From the IMG/VR virus record IMGVR_UViG_3300031578_000014: a DNA stretch of 64,000 nucleotides; one strand, given 5' to 3'. The notes beneath the pieces are model-generated. The model saw only the letters and a program-made list of their open reading frames with translations, was not told the DNA's origin and ran no database searches. A program made the position numbers and the translations under genes. The DNA comes from a virus. Shown piece by piece: positions 51,920 through 61,683 of the stretch. How positions within the stretch are numbered: position 1 is the stretch's first letter; every line of letters begins with the position of its first letter.

Positions 51920-54140
51920 GTGTGACATAGAGCATAAGATCATAACCCCGGATGGCCAGGAGTTCGTGTGCACGGGGAGGATCGTACCCGGTTCGCCGGA
52001 CCTCGACTGGCCTCTTGGAGGGGAAGGTCTGCCCCAAATCGAACACCTGCAACAAGAGGTGTATGGAATGCCGGGGGCGCTCTACAAGGGTGTCGTGGTC
52101 AAGCCGCGGCTACTGATCTTCACCGCGACCATGTGGGGAAACAATCAGAAAGCCCTTATGCAGATCAAGGCCCGGATGCAGGGGGCCTTGCGTTGGGACA
52201 GGGCAGACCGTGGCGACCCCTCGATCTATCGCATCACGGTCAATGGGGTCTCCAGGGATCTCTACGTGCGTTATGACAGTTCAGTAGAGCGCCGGGTGGG
52301 GCGCCCTGGTCTTATGTCAATCGTCGCGCTACGACTGATTGCTCACGACCCGTTCTGGTATGACCCGGTGACTCAGGAGCAAGTCTTGGATTGGGAGGAT
52401 GAGTTCACTAGCCGGTACATCCTGGCGAAGATAGACGGGGTGTGGGATCCGATGGGACCGCCAACCGCCGCCGGGACCGTGAGCACAATCGTCGTGGACC
52501 CCACCACCGGCGATGTCTACGTGGGCGGCTCGTTCGCGGCGTGGGACGGGTTGCCGGGCGTCACCGGGAACAACGTGGTCATGTGGGACGTGTCGGCGCA
52601 AGCCTGGGTAGCGATTGGCGGCGGACTGAACGGGGCGGTCCACGTCCTCTACATCACAGCCGACGGGACGCTGTACGTGGGCGGATTGTTCACCAACGGA
52701 TCGGGCGGCGCTGGGGATGGGGCGGCGGACTATCTGGCGCAGTACGACCCGACTACGGACACCTGGGTCAACGTTGGCGGCGGTCCTGGAGCGGGTGCGG
52801 TTACTGGCGTCTATGACATCGTGGAGGGCCACGACGGGGCGCTGTACGTGATAGGGGAGTTCACGAACTGGGGCGGCCTCGGATCGCCAGCGGGTGATCA
52901 TATCGTCCAGTTGCCTCTAGGCGGGGCCTGGGCCACGGTGGGCAATGGACTGAACCAGTTCGGGCGTTGCGGCGTGATCGCTCCGAACGGCCACCTCGTC
53001 GTCGGGGGCTTCTTCGGCACGGCGGGCGGCGTTGCCTGCAGCTACATAGCGGAATGGGACGGGACCGTTTGGTCGCCCCTGGGGGCCGGGACCAATGGCA
53101 CTGTGCTTGATGTGGTCTACGGACCCGACGGCAAGCTGTACGCTTGCGGCGTGTTCACTACGGCGGGCGGCCAGACTGTGAACTATGTCGCGTCCTTTAA
53201 CGGGGTTATATGGAGCAACCTGGACGGCGGGCTTGATGCTCAGGCGTGGAAAATGGCGATGGGTGACGACGGGAGGCTGTACGTCGTGGGATCGTTTGGG
53301 CAGGCTGGTGAGTTGACGTTGACCGATCGGGCGGCCTGGTGGAATGGGTTCGCCTGGGCGCACCTAGCGTTTGACTTGCCCGGCGCTCCGTCTGTGCGGT
53401 CGGTGACGGTGGACGGTGAGGACTTGTACTTTGGTTGGGACGCTGCGGGCACGGTCCTGGTGGCTGGAGACAATACTGTCACCGATGCCGGAAGCGTCTT
53501 TGCCCTTCCGATCATCGAGGTCAAGAACGCGGGGCTAGTCCGGTCCATCCGCAACGAGACCACGGGCCAGGAAATCCCCTGTGATGTGCTCATCCTCGAC
53601 GGCGAAATCGTCACCCTGGACCTGAGTGTAGGCCAGAAGACCGCCACGTCCAACCGGCGCGGCAATCGTTTGGGCGGCATCCTCCCCATGTCCGATATGG
53701 GTGAGTTCTGCCTAGAATCCGCCCCGAGGGCGCAGTACGGCGGCGTGCATGGGCAAAATCATGTGAGCGTGTTCATCACAGACGCGGACCCCAGGGAGAG
53801 TGGCGACGATAACAACCAGCTCTCAGCATGGGAGAGTATCACCGGGATCTCGCAGGGCAACACGGACCGGGGCAGGCTCTATGTGAGCATCGTTTTCGAC
53901 GGCGCGGACTATCACGTCAACCTCTACAGCGACGCGGCCAGGACTGAGCTAGTGGGGCATACGGCCGACTACGCTGCCCCTGGGGCCCAGGCGATCATAG
54001 AGGACAACGGCTCGGGTCTTGGAGGGACGATCACGGTTGACGCGGTAGTGGGAGCGGACGCGGACATTGAGGTCTGGTTCACAATCGTGACAATGTTCTG
54101 GCGGAATCGATGGTGGGACTTAGATAGCGCGGTGAGTTGA
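51849..54140 (+). CDS. distal tail/baseplate protein with six-blade propeller-like repeats (ATG 51912 is an alternative start)
   Basis: Position after the tape measure; repeats G.(L/V)Y(V/A)(G/I)G.F... x6 (GDVYVGGSF, GTLYVGGLF, GALYVIGEF, GHLVVGGFF, GKLYACGVF, GRLYVVGSF). Confidence 0.55.
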   Translation: MKKGALLLAVLLLAMIGVRLQMGRCDIEHKIITPDGQEFVCTGRIVPGSPDLDWPLGGEGLPQIEHLQQEVYGMPGALYKGVVVKPRLLIFTATMWGNNQKALMQIKARMQGALRWDRADRGDPSIYRITVNGVSRDLYVRYDSSVERRVGRPGLMSIVALRLIAHDPFWYDPVTQEQVLDWEDEFTSRYILAKIDGVWDPMGPPTAAGTVSTIVVDPTTGDVYVGGSFAAWDGLPGVTGNNVVMWDVSAQAWVAIGGGLNGAVHVLYITADGTLYVGGLFTNGSGGAGDGAADYLAQYDPTTDTWVNVGGGPGAGAVTGVYDIVEGHDGALYVIGEFTNWGGLGSPAGDHIVQLPLGGAWATVGNGLNQFGRCGVIAPNGHLVVGGFFGTAGGVACSYIAEWDGTVWSPLGAGTNGTVLDVVYGPDGKLYACGVFTTAGGQTVNYVASFNGVIWSNLDGGLDAQAWKMAMGDDGRLYVVGSFGQAGELTLTDRAAWWNGFAWAHLAFDLPGAPSVRSVTVDGEDLYFGWDAAGTVLVAGDNTVTDAGSVFALPIIEVKNAGLVRSIRNETTGQEIPCDVLILDGEIVTLDLSVGQKTATSNRRGNRLGGILPMSDMGEFCLESAPRAQYGGVHGQNHVSVFITDADPRESGDDNNQLSAWESITGISQGNTDRGRLYVSIVFDGADYHVNLYSDAARTELVGHTADYAAPGAQAIIEDNGSGLGGTITVDAVVGADADIEVWFTIVTMFWRNRWWDLDSAVS

Positions 54141-55252
54141 TGGCAGAGTATGAGGTCTGGATACTGCATCCTGCGACCGGAGTGCCTCTACTTTTGGCAG
54201 ATGACTTTGAGACGCTGGAATACGCCAAGAGCACCAATGATCTCGGAGCCTTTACATTCGCCATAAGTGAGGACGCCTTTGACATCTCTATGGCGCAGAA
54301 GGACGGGAGGGTAGTAGTTTGGCGCCAGCCGGAGGGCGGCAAGAGGGCCATCGATTTTGCGGGACTGATTCGGTTCAAGCGCAGGCAATACATGGAGGGC
54401 AAACACACCCTGGTTCTGAAGGGGCCCTGCTACAATCACATTCTAGGGAGGCGGATCATCGCCTACAACGCGGGTACGGCTCAAGCCCTCAAATATCAAG
54501 CGGCAGACGATCTTGAAAAGGCGCTAGTGAGGGAGAACCTTGGGGCCAGCGCGACTGCGGACCGGAACCTAGTGACCCCCGGATACCTGAGCGTGCAGGC
54601 GAACGCTGGCGCAGGAACGGTAGTATGGAAGCAAGCCTGCCGGCGCCAACTACTCACGACGCTGCAAGAGGTCTCTCTATCAAGCATGGAGACCCCTTCT
54701 ACTGGGGTATGGTTCGGAGTGGTGCCTCTCAATCGCGGATTCGATATGGAGTTCAGGACGAACGTCCAACAGTGGGGGCAGGATCACCGTCACCCCGGCG
54801 GAATCCACGGGCCGCAGATCTTCGCGCTGGAGCGCAACAACATGGCGGAACCCTGGTCTGAGGAAGACGCCTGGGACGAGATCACATTCGTCTATGTTCA
54901 GGGATCCGGCCAAGCCGACAACTGTATAATCCTCCCGGTGCAGGATGCGGCCAGGATCGGCGAAAGCCCGTTGAACAGGTGCGAAACCCTGCTGGATGAA
55001 AGCAGTGAAGACTACATCAGCCGGTTAGGTAGCGCTGGCAGAGCGGCCCTGGAGGAAGGCCGCCCGAAGAAGAGATTCGGGTTTTCCATCATAGAAACCC
55101 CCGCCAGTCTCTACGGGGTGCATTGGGGTCATGGGGACCTAGTGACAGGTAGCTATGAGGGCGAACAGTATGATCTTCACGTGGCGGCGGTACAGGTGAC
55201 GGTAAAGGGTCAGAGGGAGGAGATCAGGGCCAACCTGGAGTACGCGGCATGA
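54137..55252 (+). CDS. tail-associated protein (siphovirus Gp37-like), tentative
   Basis: Position; ATGA overlap. Confidence 0.4.
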   Translation: MMAEYEVWILHPATGVPLLLADDFETLEYAKSTNDLGAFTFAISEDAFDISMAQKDGRVVVWRQPEGGKRAIDFAGLIRFKRRQYMEGKHTLVLKGPCYNHILGRRIIAYNAGTAQALKYQAADDLEKALVRENLGASATADRNLVTPGYLSVQANAGAGTVVWKQACRRQLLTTLQEVSLSSMETPSTGVWFGVVPLNRGFDMEFRTNVQQWGQDHRHPGGIHGPQIFALERNNMAEPWSEEDAWDEITFVYVQGSGQADNCIILPVQDAARIGESPLNRCETLLDESSEDYISRLGSAGRAALEEGRPKKRFGFSIIETPASLYGVHWGHGDLVTGSYEGEQYDLHVAAVQVTVKGQREEIRANLEYAA

Positions 55253-55920
55253 TCGATCGGCTGGCGGCTATAGCGGAAGGTATCGAGCGGCTGGAGAGCG
55301 AGGAGGAGAGGCGGCTGATCACCGACTATCGCTGGCTGCGGCCTTGGAAGGATGATTTTCTGGGCCAAGTTCTACAGGAGCAGTATACCGTAGAGCTTTC
55401 TGGAGGTGGTAGTAGTGTTGTTCTGCAGAACAACCGTCACGGGGGCGTGGTCCGCCTCACGAGTGATAGCGCCGTTGGTTCTTGGGCGTACCTTTGGCTC
55501 GGAAACAACGCGGGCTTTGCGACGATAGACCCGGATGATGGGTATGAGCAGATATGCCGGGCGCAGCTATCTCACACCACGGAGACTTTCTTTTCTATCG
55601 CCTCAATACAGCCTGGGGCGGCCAACTACGTCGAGGTTTGCTGCAATACGGACTGGGGAAACAATTGGTACATCGCGTCGGACAACGACTCTTTGTTCGT
55701 GAGCTATACCGACAGCGGCGTAGCCATAGACACTGACTGGCACTGGCACACAATGATTGCGAGATCTGGAAGGATAGAACACCTGCTAGACGGGCAACTC
55801 ATAAACACGCACACAACCAAGGTGCCCACGGTAGCCATGACCCCGTTTCTGCGACAGCGCAGACGCGGCAACTTCGTTCGCTATACGGACGTTAACTGCT
55901 GGATAGTGGCGCCCGAATGA
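55249..55920 (+). CDS. tail fibre / receptor-binding candidate, paralog 1
   Basis: N-terminus ..RLESEEERRLITDYRWLRPWKDDFLG shared with the next gene; beta-rich C-terminal part. Confidence 0.45.
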   Translation: MIDRLAAIAEGIERLESEEERRLITDYRWLRPWKDDFLGQVLQEQYTVELSGGGSSVVLQNNRHGGVVRLTSDSAVGSWAYLWLGNNAGFATIDPDDGYEQICRAQLSHTTETFFSIASIQPGAANYVEVCCNTDWGNNWYIASDNDSLFVSYTDSGVAIDTDWHWHTMIARSGRIEHLLDGQLINTHTTKVPTVAMTPFLRQRRRGNFVRYTDVNCWIVAPE

Positions 55921-56624
55921 TAGATCAAGAGCTAGTCCGGCGCATCGTAGACGCTGAGAAACGGCTGGAAAGGCTACAGAGCCGTGAGGTCAGACGGTTC
56001 ATCACCGACTACGACTGGCATAGGGGTTGGAAGGACGACTTCCTGGGCGATAGCCTGCACGAGCAGTACACCCCTGTCTCTAATGGCGCAGGTAGCGGCG
56101 GCACCTTGCTGTCCACACATGGCGGAGCCTATCGGCTCACGGCGGGCGCAGGGGCGGGATTCTATCACTACCTCTATCTTGGTGATGCAGCTGACAGCTA
56201 TGGTACGCTGGACGCCGACTTAGGCTGGGTAATGCTGGCAAGGATGGCGGTTAGCGGCACAACCAGCGTATTGGGCTTGTTCGGTTCTCGTGATGTGGCA
56301 TGGGCGAACTTCATCAGGCTAGGGATTGACACGACCCTATCCGTGAACTGGCTGATTCAAACTAGGACTGGCGGTGGCGCAGTCAATACCGTAGCCAGTG
56401 CGGTGCCTGCGGATACCGGCAATCACTGGCACGCCGCGAATGTCTACCCGATAACGGGCGGGCTCAGACAAGTGGACTACTATCTGGACGGCGTGCAGAT
56501 TGCGACGACGACGATCTCGGTGCCCACGGCGGTCTTGACGCCAATGGCGATGTGCTATGCCGTTGCCGCAGCATCCCGCTACATGAACCTAGACTTCTGG
56601 GGGACGATACCAGGGAACCTATAA
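55917..56624 (+). CDS. tail fibre / receptor-binding candidate, paralog 2
   Basis: ..RLQSREVRRFITDYDWHRGWKDDFLG; divergent C-terminal half. Confidence 0.45.
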   Translation: MIDQELVRRIVDAEKRLERLQSREVRRFITDYDWHRGWKDDFLGDSLHEQYTPVSNGAGSGGTLLSTHGGAYRLTAGAGAGFYHYLYLGDAADSYGTLDADLGWVMLARMAVSGTTSVLGLFGSRDVAWANFIRLGIDTTLSVNWLIQTRTGGGAVNTVASAVPADTGNHWHAANVYPITGGLRQVDYYLDGVQIATTTISVPTAVLTPMAMCYAVAAASRYMNLDFWGTIPGNL

Positions 56625-56657
56625 CCTAATACCGGCGTCGATCCAGACAAGATAACT

Positions 56658-56697
56658 GGCGACAGGCTCTTTCTCTATTGAGCTTGTCGCCTTTTTT
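56658..56697 (+). terminator. intrinsic terminator (copy 2 of the duplicated terminator module)
   Basis: GGCGACAGGCTC-tttctctatt-GAGCTTGTCGCC + TTTTTT; left arm and 5' flank match 17149-17176. Confidence 0.8.
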
Positions 56698-56709
56698 GTG
56701 GAGGGAACT

Positions 56710-57069
56710 ATGGCAGGAGAACCAGGATACATCAAAGGGCTCAAGGATGATATGAAGGAAGTCACCCACATGGTCAGTGGGACGAGGGAGGCCATCGTGA
56801 GGATAGACACCACGCTGGCGGAGAACCTGCCAGCGATGAAGGCTCAGCTCTCACAACTGAACGGCACGGTGCGCCAGCATGATAAGGATATAGCCCTGCA
56901 ACGCCAAGCCCATGAAGACTGTCCGGCCAGAAAGGCGTCTGGGGGGAACTTGGTCATTGATCTGAGCGACAGGAAAACGAAGGCTGCGGTAGGCGGGATC
57001 GTAGGTGCGCCTACCCTGTTGCTGGCCTTGGAGATCATTCGCTGGGCAACGCAATACTTCTCAAGCTAG
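56710..57069 (+). CDS. lysis-cassette membrane protein (holin candidate)
   Basis: ATG behind GGAGGG; C-terminal TM AAVGGIVGAPTLLLALEIIRWA; immediately upstream of the endolysin. Confidence 0.4.
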   Translation: MAGEPGYIKGLKDDMKEVTHMVSGTREAIVRIDTTLAENLPAMKAQLSQLNGTVRQHDKDIALQRQAHEDCPARKASGGNLVIDLSDRKTKAAVGGIVGAPTLLLALEIIRWATQYFSS

Positions 57070-57078
57070 GGAGGAAGG

Positions 57079-59688
57079 ATGCAATACGAGAGGCCTGACG
57101 TCCTGAGGGGCGTACACTTCGGGCCCGGCACCTCTTGCGGGTTTGACATCGGCTGGTGGGCCAAAGAGATGAAGCAGATGGGCATCGGCTGGACCGTCTT
57201 CGTTGACGACGCCGGTTCCATGTATAACGCGGCCAAGGCCTGGCGCGAGAACGACATGACGCCCATTATGCGTATGTACGAGAAGTGGCCTGCGCCTCGC
57301 AGAATGATGGCTAAGAGCTGGCTTGCGGTCGAGAGGTATATCAAGGAAGGGATTACGAGGTGGATACTCACCAGCCATAATGAGACCAACCTGCCCGACG
57401 AATGGGAGAACAGGGCCTTGCCGCAGCCGATTGAGAAGGCGGCCGAAATCGTGGCGCCGCTCTGGCTGGCGGACGCCTTGAGGATCGCGCAGATGGGCGG
57501 CTATCCGGCGATTCCTCCCTTAGCTCATTGTGCGTATCATGGGGAGTGCTCCAGTATTCGTTACTCCAGGGCTTTCTTCAACTGGCTGGCAGCGAACGCC
57601 GATGGAGAGATGCGCTGGCTTCTGGACAATGGCTTGTGGCTGGCCGTTCACGACGCGGTGCTGAATCACGCGTGGATAGAAAACGGCGTTTGGCACTTCG
57701 AGCACCCCTACAACCTTGGACTGACCCCGCTAGACGACGATTGCTCCGCGATAGGTCATGAAGCCTACCGGGACATGATCTGGAATCGGTGGGGCAAACG
57801 GCTACCTATCATCAGCACAGAGGGTGGCGTATTTCACATCTTCCGTCAATGGGATAAAGACTATCCTATGTGGGTCCAGAACAGCCAAGATCACGGCAAC
57901 TGGAGCCTGGCGCTGGACAGGTGGTATAGGGATGTCTATTGGCCCGAGCACAAGTGGTTCTGGGGATACTGCCCCTGGATTCTGGCTCAGCAGGTTCTAG
58001 GGCATCAGGGAATCTGGGACGAAGAGGCTTGGTACAGGGTTGGCGAAACCAGGCCCGTCGTGCAACTGTTGAAGCAAAACCCGCCGCGTTCGATTGATGT
58101 GCCGACACCTGCGCCTACCCCAACCCCTACGCCGCCCCCTACGCCTACCCCTACGCCTACCCCTACGCCACCCCCTACGCCAACCCCAACTCCACCCGCC
58201 CCAGAGGGTTTCCCGCGACCTCCGGGCGACAACGGCATAGGTATTCATTTCGGGTTGGGGGACCGGCTAGTCGGCGCCGCACTTACTGAGGACATTGCTC
58301 GAGCGAAAGCCCTGAGGGCCACATGGGGCATGCTCGCCTTCGGCGCCGGGGAAGATGTGATGCTCGAGGCCGCGAAACAGTTGTGGGCGGCGGGCATCAT
58401 GCCAGTCGTTCGCAAGGTGCTGGGAATTAGCAAGTTGTACGACTTCGCAAGGGACGCCAGACTCCTGCTATCAGCAGGCATCCCTGCCTACATCCAGATT
58501 TTCAATGAACCTTCCGACAACCGGGAGTGGGAGAAGGAGCGGCCAGCCGACTTCATGCAGAAATGGGCCGGTCTCTGGGCCCTGAAAGCCAGTGAGGTCG
58601 TATCGGCGGGAGGATTCCCTGGGATCCAATGTCTTAGTCCGCCGGAGTTGTTCGCCCTGTTCGCCGTCCTTCCGCCCGATAGTCATATCTGGAAGCGTAC
58701 GTGGTTCTGCTCCCATAACTACGGCCTCAATCACCCTCCGAGTTGGAAGGAGGACTATTGGTCTGTTCTAGGCTGGCAGACGTTCGCCCGTATGTTTCAG
58801 GACTCCTTAGGGTTCGTGCCGCCTATCATCTGCGGGGAAGGGGGATGGCTTTACAAGGCATCGGACGACGATCGCTATCCGAGAGTAGATGATGCCCTAC
58901 ACGCTCAATACCATGGCGAGATGTACCGCTGGTTCCTAGACGGCAAGGTATCCGACGGAAGTCCCTTGCCCGACTACCTGTTCGCGGTCTGCCCTTGGAT
59001 TCTGAGCGGCCCTAGCGATGAGGCATGGTACGGATTCACCGAAAGGACAAAGACAATAAGCGCCGTGAAGGCGATACCCACGTTTGAACGAGGAACGATG
59101 CCACCTGCCCCGCCGACGCCAGAACCGGAAGAGGAGGAACCCGTGAGCACTGAATTGACCGTCTTTGAAGCGTGCCGAATAGTTGGCCTTGAACTGATTG
59201 AGGAAAGGCTTGCGCTGGAGAAGTATGTGGGCACGAGCCGCATCAAGACCCGCGGAGCAAGGGAATGGGATGGGATCGTCGTTCACTACACGGCCAGCGA
59301 CCTAGCGACGCAGACCTGCGCTAGCATCGCAGAATATCACACTAGGGCGAAGACCAAGAAAGGCCGTGGTTATCCCAGCATCGCCTATCACATCCTGGTC
59401 GACTGGGAAGCAAAGCCCCACTTCGCGGCGCCGTTCAGGCACATCACGATACACAGCGGGCTAGACACCGGACCAGGGTCTGTGAACGCGGACACCATCG
59501 GCATCTCGGTGATGGGACTGAATAAGATCACCGACGTCCAGGTGAGAACGGTGCGCAAGCTGATAGAAGCCCTCGGCTACTGGCGAGCCAACAGTAGGAC
59601 TACGCCGGCGTACCCGTATGTTCTGCCTCATTGCTATGTGTCTGATACTGCATGCCCTGGCAGATTGAGGGCGGCCTTAGCCGGATGA
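57079..59688 (+). CDS. multidomain endolysin: two glycosidase-like domains, Pro/Thr linker, C-terminal N-acetylmuramoyl-L-alanine amidase (Amidase_2/PGRP)
   Basis: C-terminal WDGIVVHYTAS...YHILVD...IGISVMG...ACPG amidase motifs; PTPAPTPTPTPPPTPTP linker (58101-58200). Confidence 0.7.
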   Translation: MQYERPDVLRGVHFGPGTSCGFDIGWWAKEMKQMGIGWTVFVDDAGSMYNAAKAWRENDMTPIMRMYEKWPAPRRMMAKSWLAVERYIKEGITRWILTSHNETNLPDEWENRALPQPIEKAAEIVAPLWLADALRIAQMGGYPAIPPLAHCAYHGECSSIRYSRAFFNWLAANADGEMRWLLDNGLWLAVHDAVLNHAWIENGVWHFEHPYNLGLTPLDDDCSAIGHEAYRDMIWNRWGKRLPIISTEGGVFHIFRQWDKDYPMWVQNSQDHGNWSLALDRWYRDVYWPEHKWFWGYCPWILAQQVLGHQGIWDEEAWYRVGETRPVVQLLKQNPPRSIDVPTPAPTPTPTPPPTPTPTPTPTPPPTPTPTPPAPEGFPRPPGDNGIGIHFGLGDRLVGAALTEDIARAKALRATWGMLAFGAGEDVMLEAAKQLWAAGIMPVVRKVLGISKLYDFARDARLLLSAGIPAYIQIFNEPSDNREWEKERPADFMQKWAGLWALKASEVVSAGGFPGIQCLSPPELFALFAVLPPDSHIWKRTWFCSHNYGLNHPPSWKEDYWSVLGWQTFARMFQDSLGFVPPIICGEGGWLYKASDDDRYPRVDDALHAQYHGEMYRWFLDGKVSDGSPLPDYLFAVCPWILSGPSDEAWYGFTERTKTISAVKAIPTFERGTMPPAPPTPEPEEEEPVSTELTVFEACRIVGLELIEERLALEKYVGTSRIKTRGAREWDGIVVHYTASDLATQTCASIAEYHTRAKTKKGRGYPSIAYHILVDWEAKPHFAAPFRHITIHSGLDTGPGSVNADTIGISVMGLNKITDVQVRTVRKLIEALGYWRANSRTTPAYPYVLPHCYVSDTACPGRLRAALAG

Positions 59689-59777
59689 ACGTAGGGTGAC
59701 TGAAAGCCCGACAAGCATAGGCACTTTACTGCCAAAAGTAAAGGGCCAATGATTGACCAGAGTTCAGGAGGGCATGA

Positions 59778-61007
59778 ATGACTAAATGGACTAGAGCCGA
59801 AGACCAGAAACTTCTTTCCCTTCGAGCCGAGAAGCCACCGAGAGAGTGGGTAGAATGCGGTGCGCTCCTTGGTAGGTCTAAGGAAGCTACCAGGTCCCAC
59901 TACCGCCACATTGCCAAGGGGAACATGGGTGATCCTGCTCCCAATGGGGAGGTAGGCGAGAGGGTGCATGGCATCCCGGTTGCCAAGTTCCTGAAGGCAA
60001 TCAAGGATAACCCTCAATCCTGTTCCCAATTGTCCCACAAGTTTGACCGCTCTGAGAGAACGATAAGCGACGTGGTCTCTATCTTGGGGGCCATGTCTTA
60101 TGAGATTATCCAGACGGCAACGGAGGATGTGCTGTGGGCCACCAGGGCTACTTGCGCAGTGCCGCCGCCCCCGACTATTTGGGATGAAGAGTACGGCCAG
60201 TTCATCATAGGAATCATCAGCGATACCCATTTTGGCTCTAAGTACGCACAGATCACAAACCTACACCGCTGCATTGAAGAGATGTATCATGACGGGGTTA
60301 GGCAGGTACTCTTCTGCGGAGACCTAACGGCAGGAGACAAAATATACCGAGGCCAGATACATGATGTCGTGACGCCTAGCGGCCCAGAACAGGCTGCGCT
60401 TGCTATCGCATACCTACCCCAACACGACGGGCTAACGTACTACATGATCGGCGGCAATCACGACTTCGCGTTCATCAAGGAGAATGGCTACAACGTCGTC
60501 AGAGATGTGGCAAGCCAGAGGGCTGACATCATATACATGGGCTTTGACCTGGCGGATGTGCCGATGCTACCGGGGACAGACGCAAGGTTGTGGCACCCGA
60601 TGGGTGGCGTGCCTTACGCCTACTCCTACAAGATGCAGAAGCACGTTGAGGAGATGGCCTTCGCAGAGCTACAGAAGGTCGTCGAGCGGCAACACTCGCC
60701 AGCAGTGCGGGTGCTCTTTGCTGGACATCTACATATTAGGGTCCTATTCGACGCCGGGCCAATAGTGTGCGCACAAGTACCCTGCTTTGAGGGCCAGACG
60801 CCATATCTGAAGCGCAAGGGCAAGACGCCAGTGATCGGCGGGTTCATCTATGAGTTCAAGATGACAAGCGACGGGCAACTCTTAGAGGACTGGCCACGGC
60901 GGAAGAACTTCGCAGAGATCCCCAATGACTATCTCAACTATCCTGTCCCGGTCGAGGAGTCTATCAAGATGGACCCGATCTTCGAGTGGACAGGAGCAAA
61001 GGGATAG
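59778..61007 (+). CDS. Myb/SANT-like HTH fused to calcineurin-like metallophosphoesterase
   Basis: MTKWTRAEDQKLLSL (SANT/Myb-like); ISDTHFG, CGDLTAG, GGNHD, GHLH phosphoesterase motifs. Confidence 0.65.
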   Translation: MTKWTRAEDQKLLSLRAEKPPREWVECGALLGRSKEATRSHYRHIAKGNMGDPAPNGEVGERVHGIPVAKFLKAIKDNPQSCSQLSHKFDRSERTISDVVSILGAMSYEIIQTATEDVLWATRATCAVPPPPTIWDEEYGQFIIGIISDTHFGSKYAQITNLHRCIEEMYHDGVRQVLFCGDLTAGDKIYRGQIHDVVTPSGPEQAALAIAYLPQHDGLTYYMIGGNHDFAFIKENGYNVVRDVASQRADIIYMGFDLADVPMLPGTDARLWHPMGGVPYAYSYKMQKHVEEMAFAELQKVVERQHSPAVRVLFAGHLHIRVLFDAGPIVCAQVPCFEGQTPYLKRKGKTPVIGGFIYEFKMTSDGQLLEDWPRRKNFAEIPNDYLNYPVPVEESIKMDPIFEWTGAKG

Positions 61008-61058
61008 CGTGAGGCTTTACACGCGCAAACAGGGCTTTCACATGATGTCCGTAATGAC

Positions 61059-61095
61059 TTGAAGAAATCAGGGCTGAGTTTACTTTAATAGTCAG
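61059..61095 (+). promoter_or_regulatory. sigma70-like phage promoter, family copy 5
   Basis: TTGAAGAAATCAGGGCTGAGTTTACTTTAATAGTCAG. Confidence 0.55.
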
Positions 61096-61189
61096 AAGAG
61101 AATCCGAGCTTACACGCGCAAATAGAAAGGAGGCAGTAGCAGAAACCTTGACTAGCGGAATCGGCCAGAAAAATAGGGAGGTGACTGAC

Positions 61190-61603
61190 ATGGTCGGAAG
61201 CATGCTTAGAAATGCAGGGCGAACCCTGCTTATTATCGCTGCTCTGCTCAGCTTGGTCTTCGTGATGATCGCAGCAGCGCCTACGGCACAGACCGAGATC
61301 CCGCCCCTCTGTACGTTGCTGACATGGCTGAGAACTATCGAAGGAGTGGTAGCAGCCGTGCCGATCGCCGTGGGGGTGGTCATCTCATTCTTGGTAGAAA
61401 CGTGGTCCGGTTGGGGTGCGATTGCTCCGAAGGCCAAGAGATGGATTGTGTTCGGAGCGACATTCATCCTACCCATAGCGGCCCTCGGGCTGTCTGCTTT
61501 GCTTTGCACCGAGACACTGACCGTAGAAGCCTTCTACGTGGCGTTAGCGGCGGGCTTCATAGCATTCGGCACGAGTACACTGGCTCACGCGCGGCAGCTC
61601 TGA
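61190..61603 (+). CDS. polytopic membrane protein (about 4 TM)
   Basis: ATG behind AATAGGGAGG within track ORF 61148..61603; four hydrophobic stretches. Confidence 0.6.
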   Translation: MVGSMLRNAGRTLLIIAALLSLVFVMIAAAPTAQTEIPPLCTLLTWLRTIEGVVAAVPIAVGVVISFLVETWSGWGAIAPKAKRWIVFGATFILPIAALGLSALLCTETLTVEAFYVALAAGFIAFGTSTLAHARQL

Positions 61604-61611
61604 CAACGAAG

Positions 61612-61633
61612 AGCGGGGGCTTCGGCCCCCGCT
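61612..61633. terminator. GC hairpin between convergent genes (possible bidirectional terminator)
   Basis: AGCGGGGGC-ttcg-GCCCCCGCT; weak T/A tracts. Confidence 0.45.
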
Positions 61634-61683
61634 TCATTCTGTGCGCCCAGCGTAACTATCGTGTCGAGGATCATGCGGCTGGA

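Noticed and set aside
58101-58200. Tandem CCTACGCC-like DNA repeat
   Set aside because: It encodes the in-frame Pro/Thr linker of the endolysin and is not an independent repeat element.
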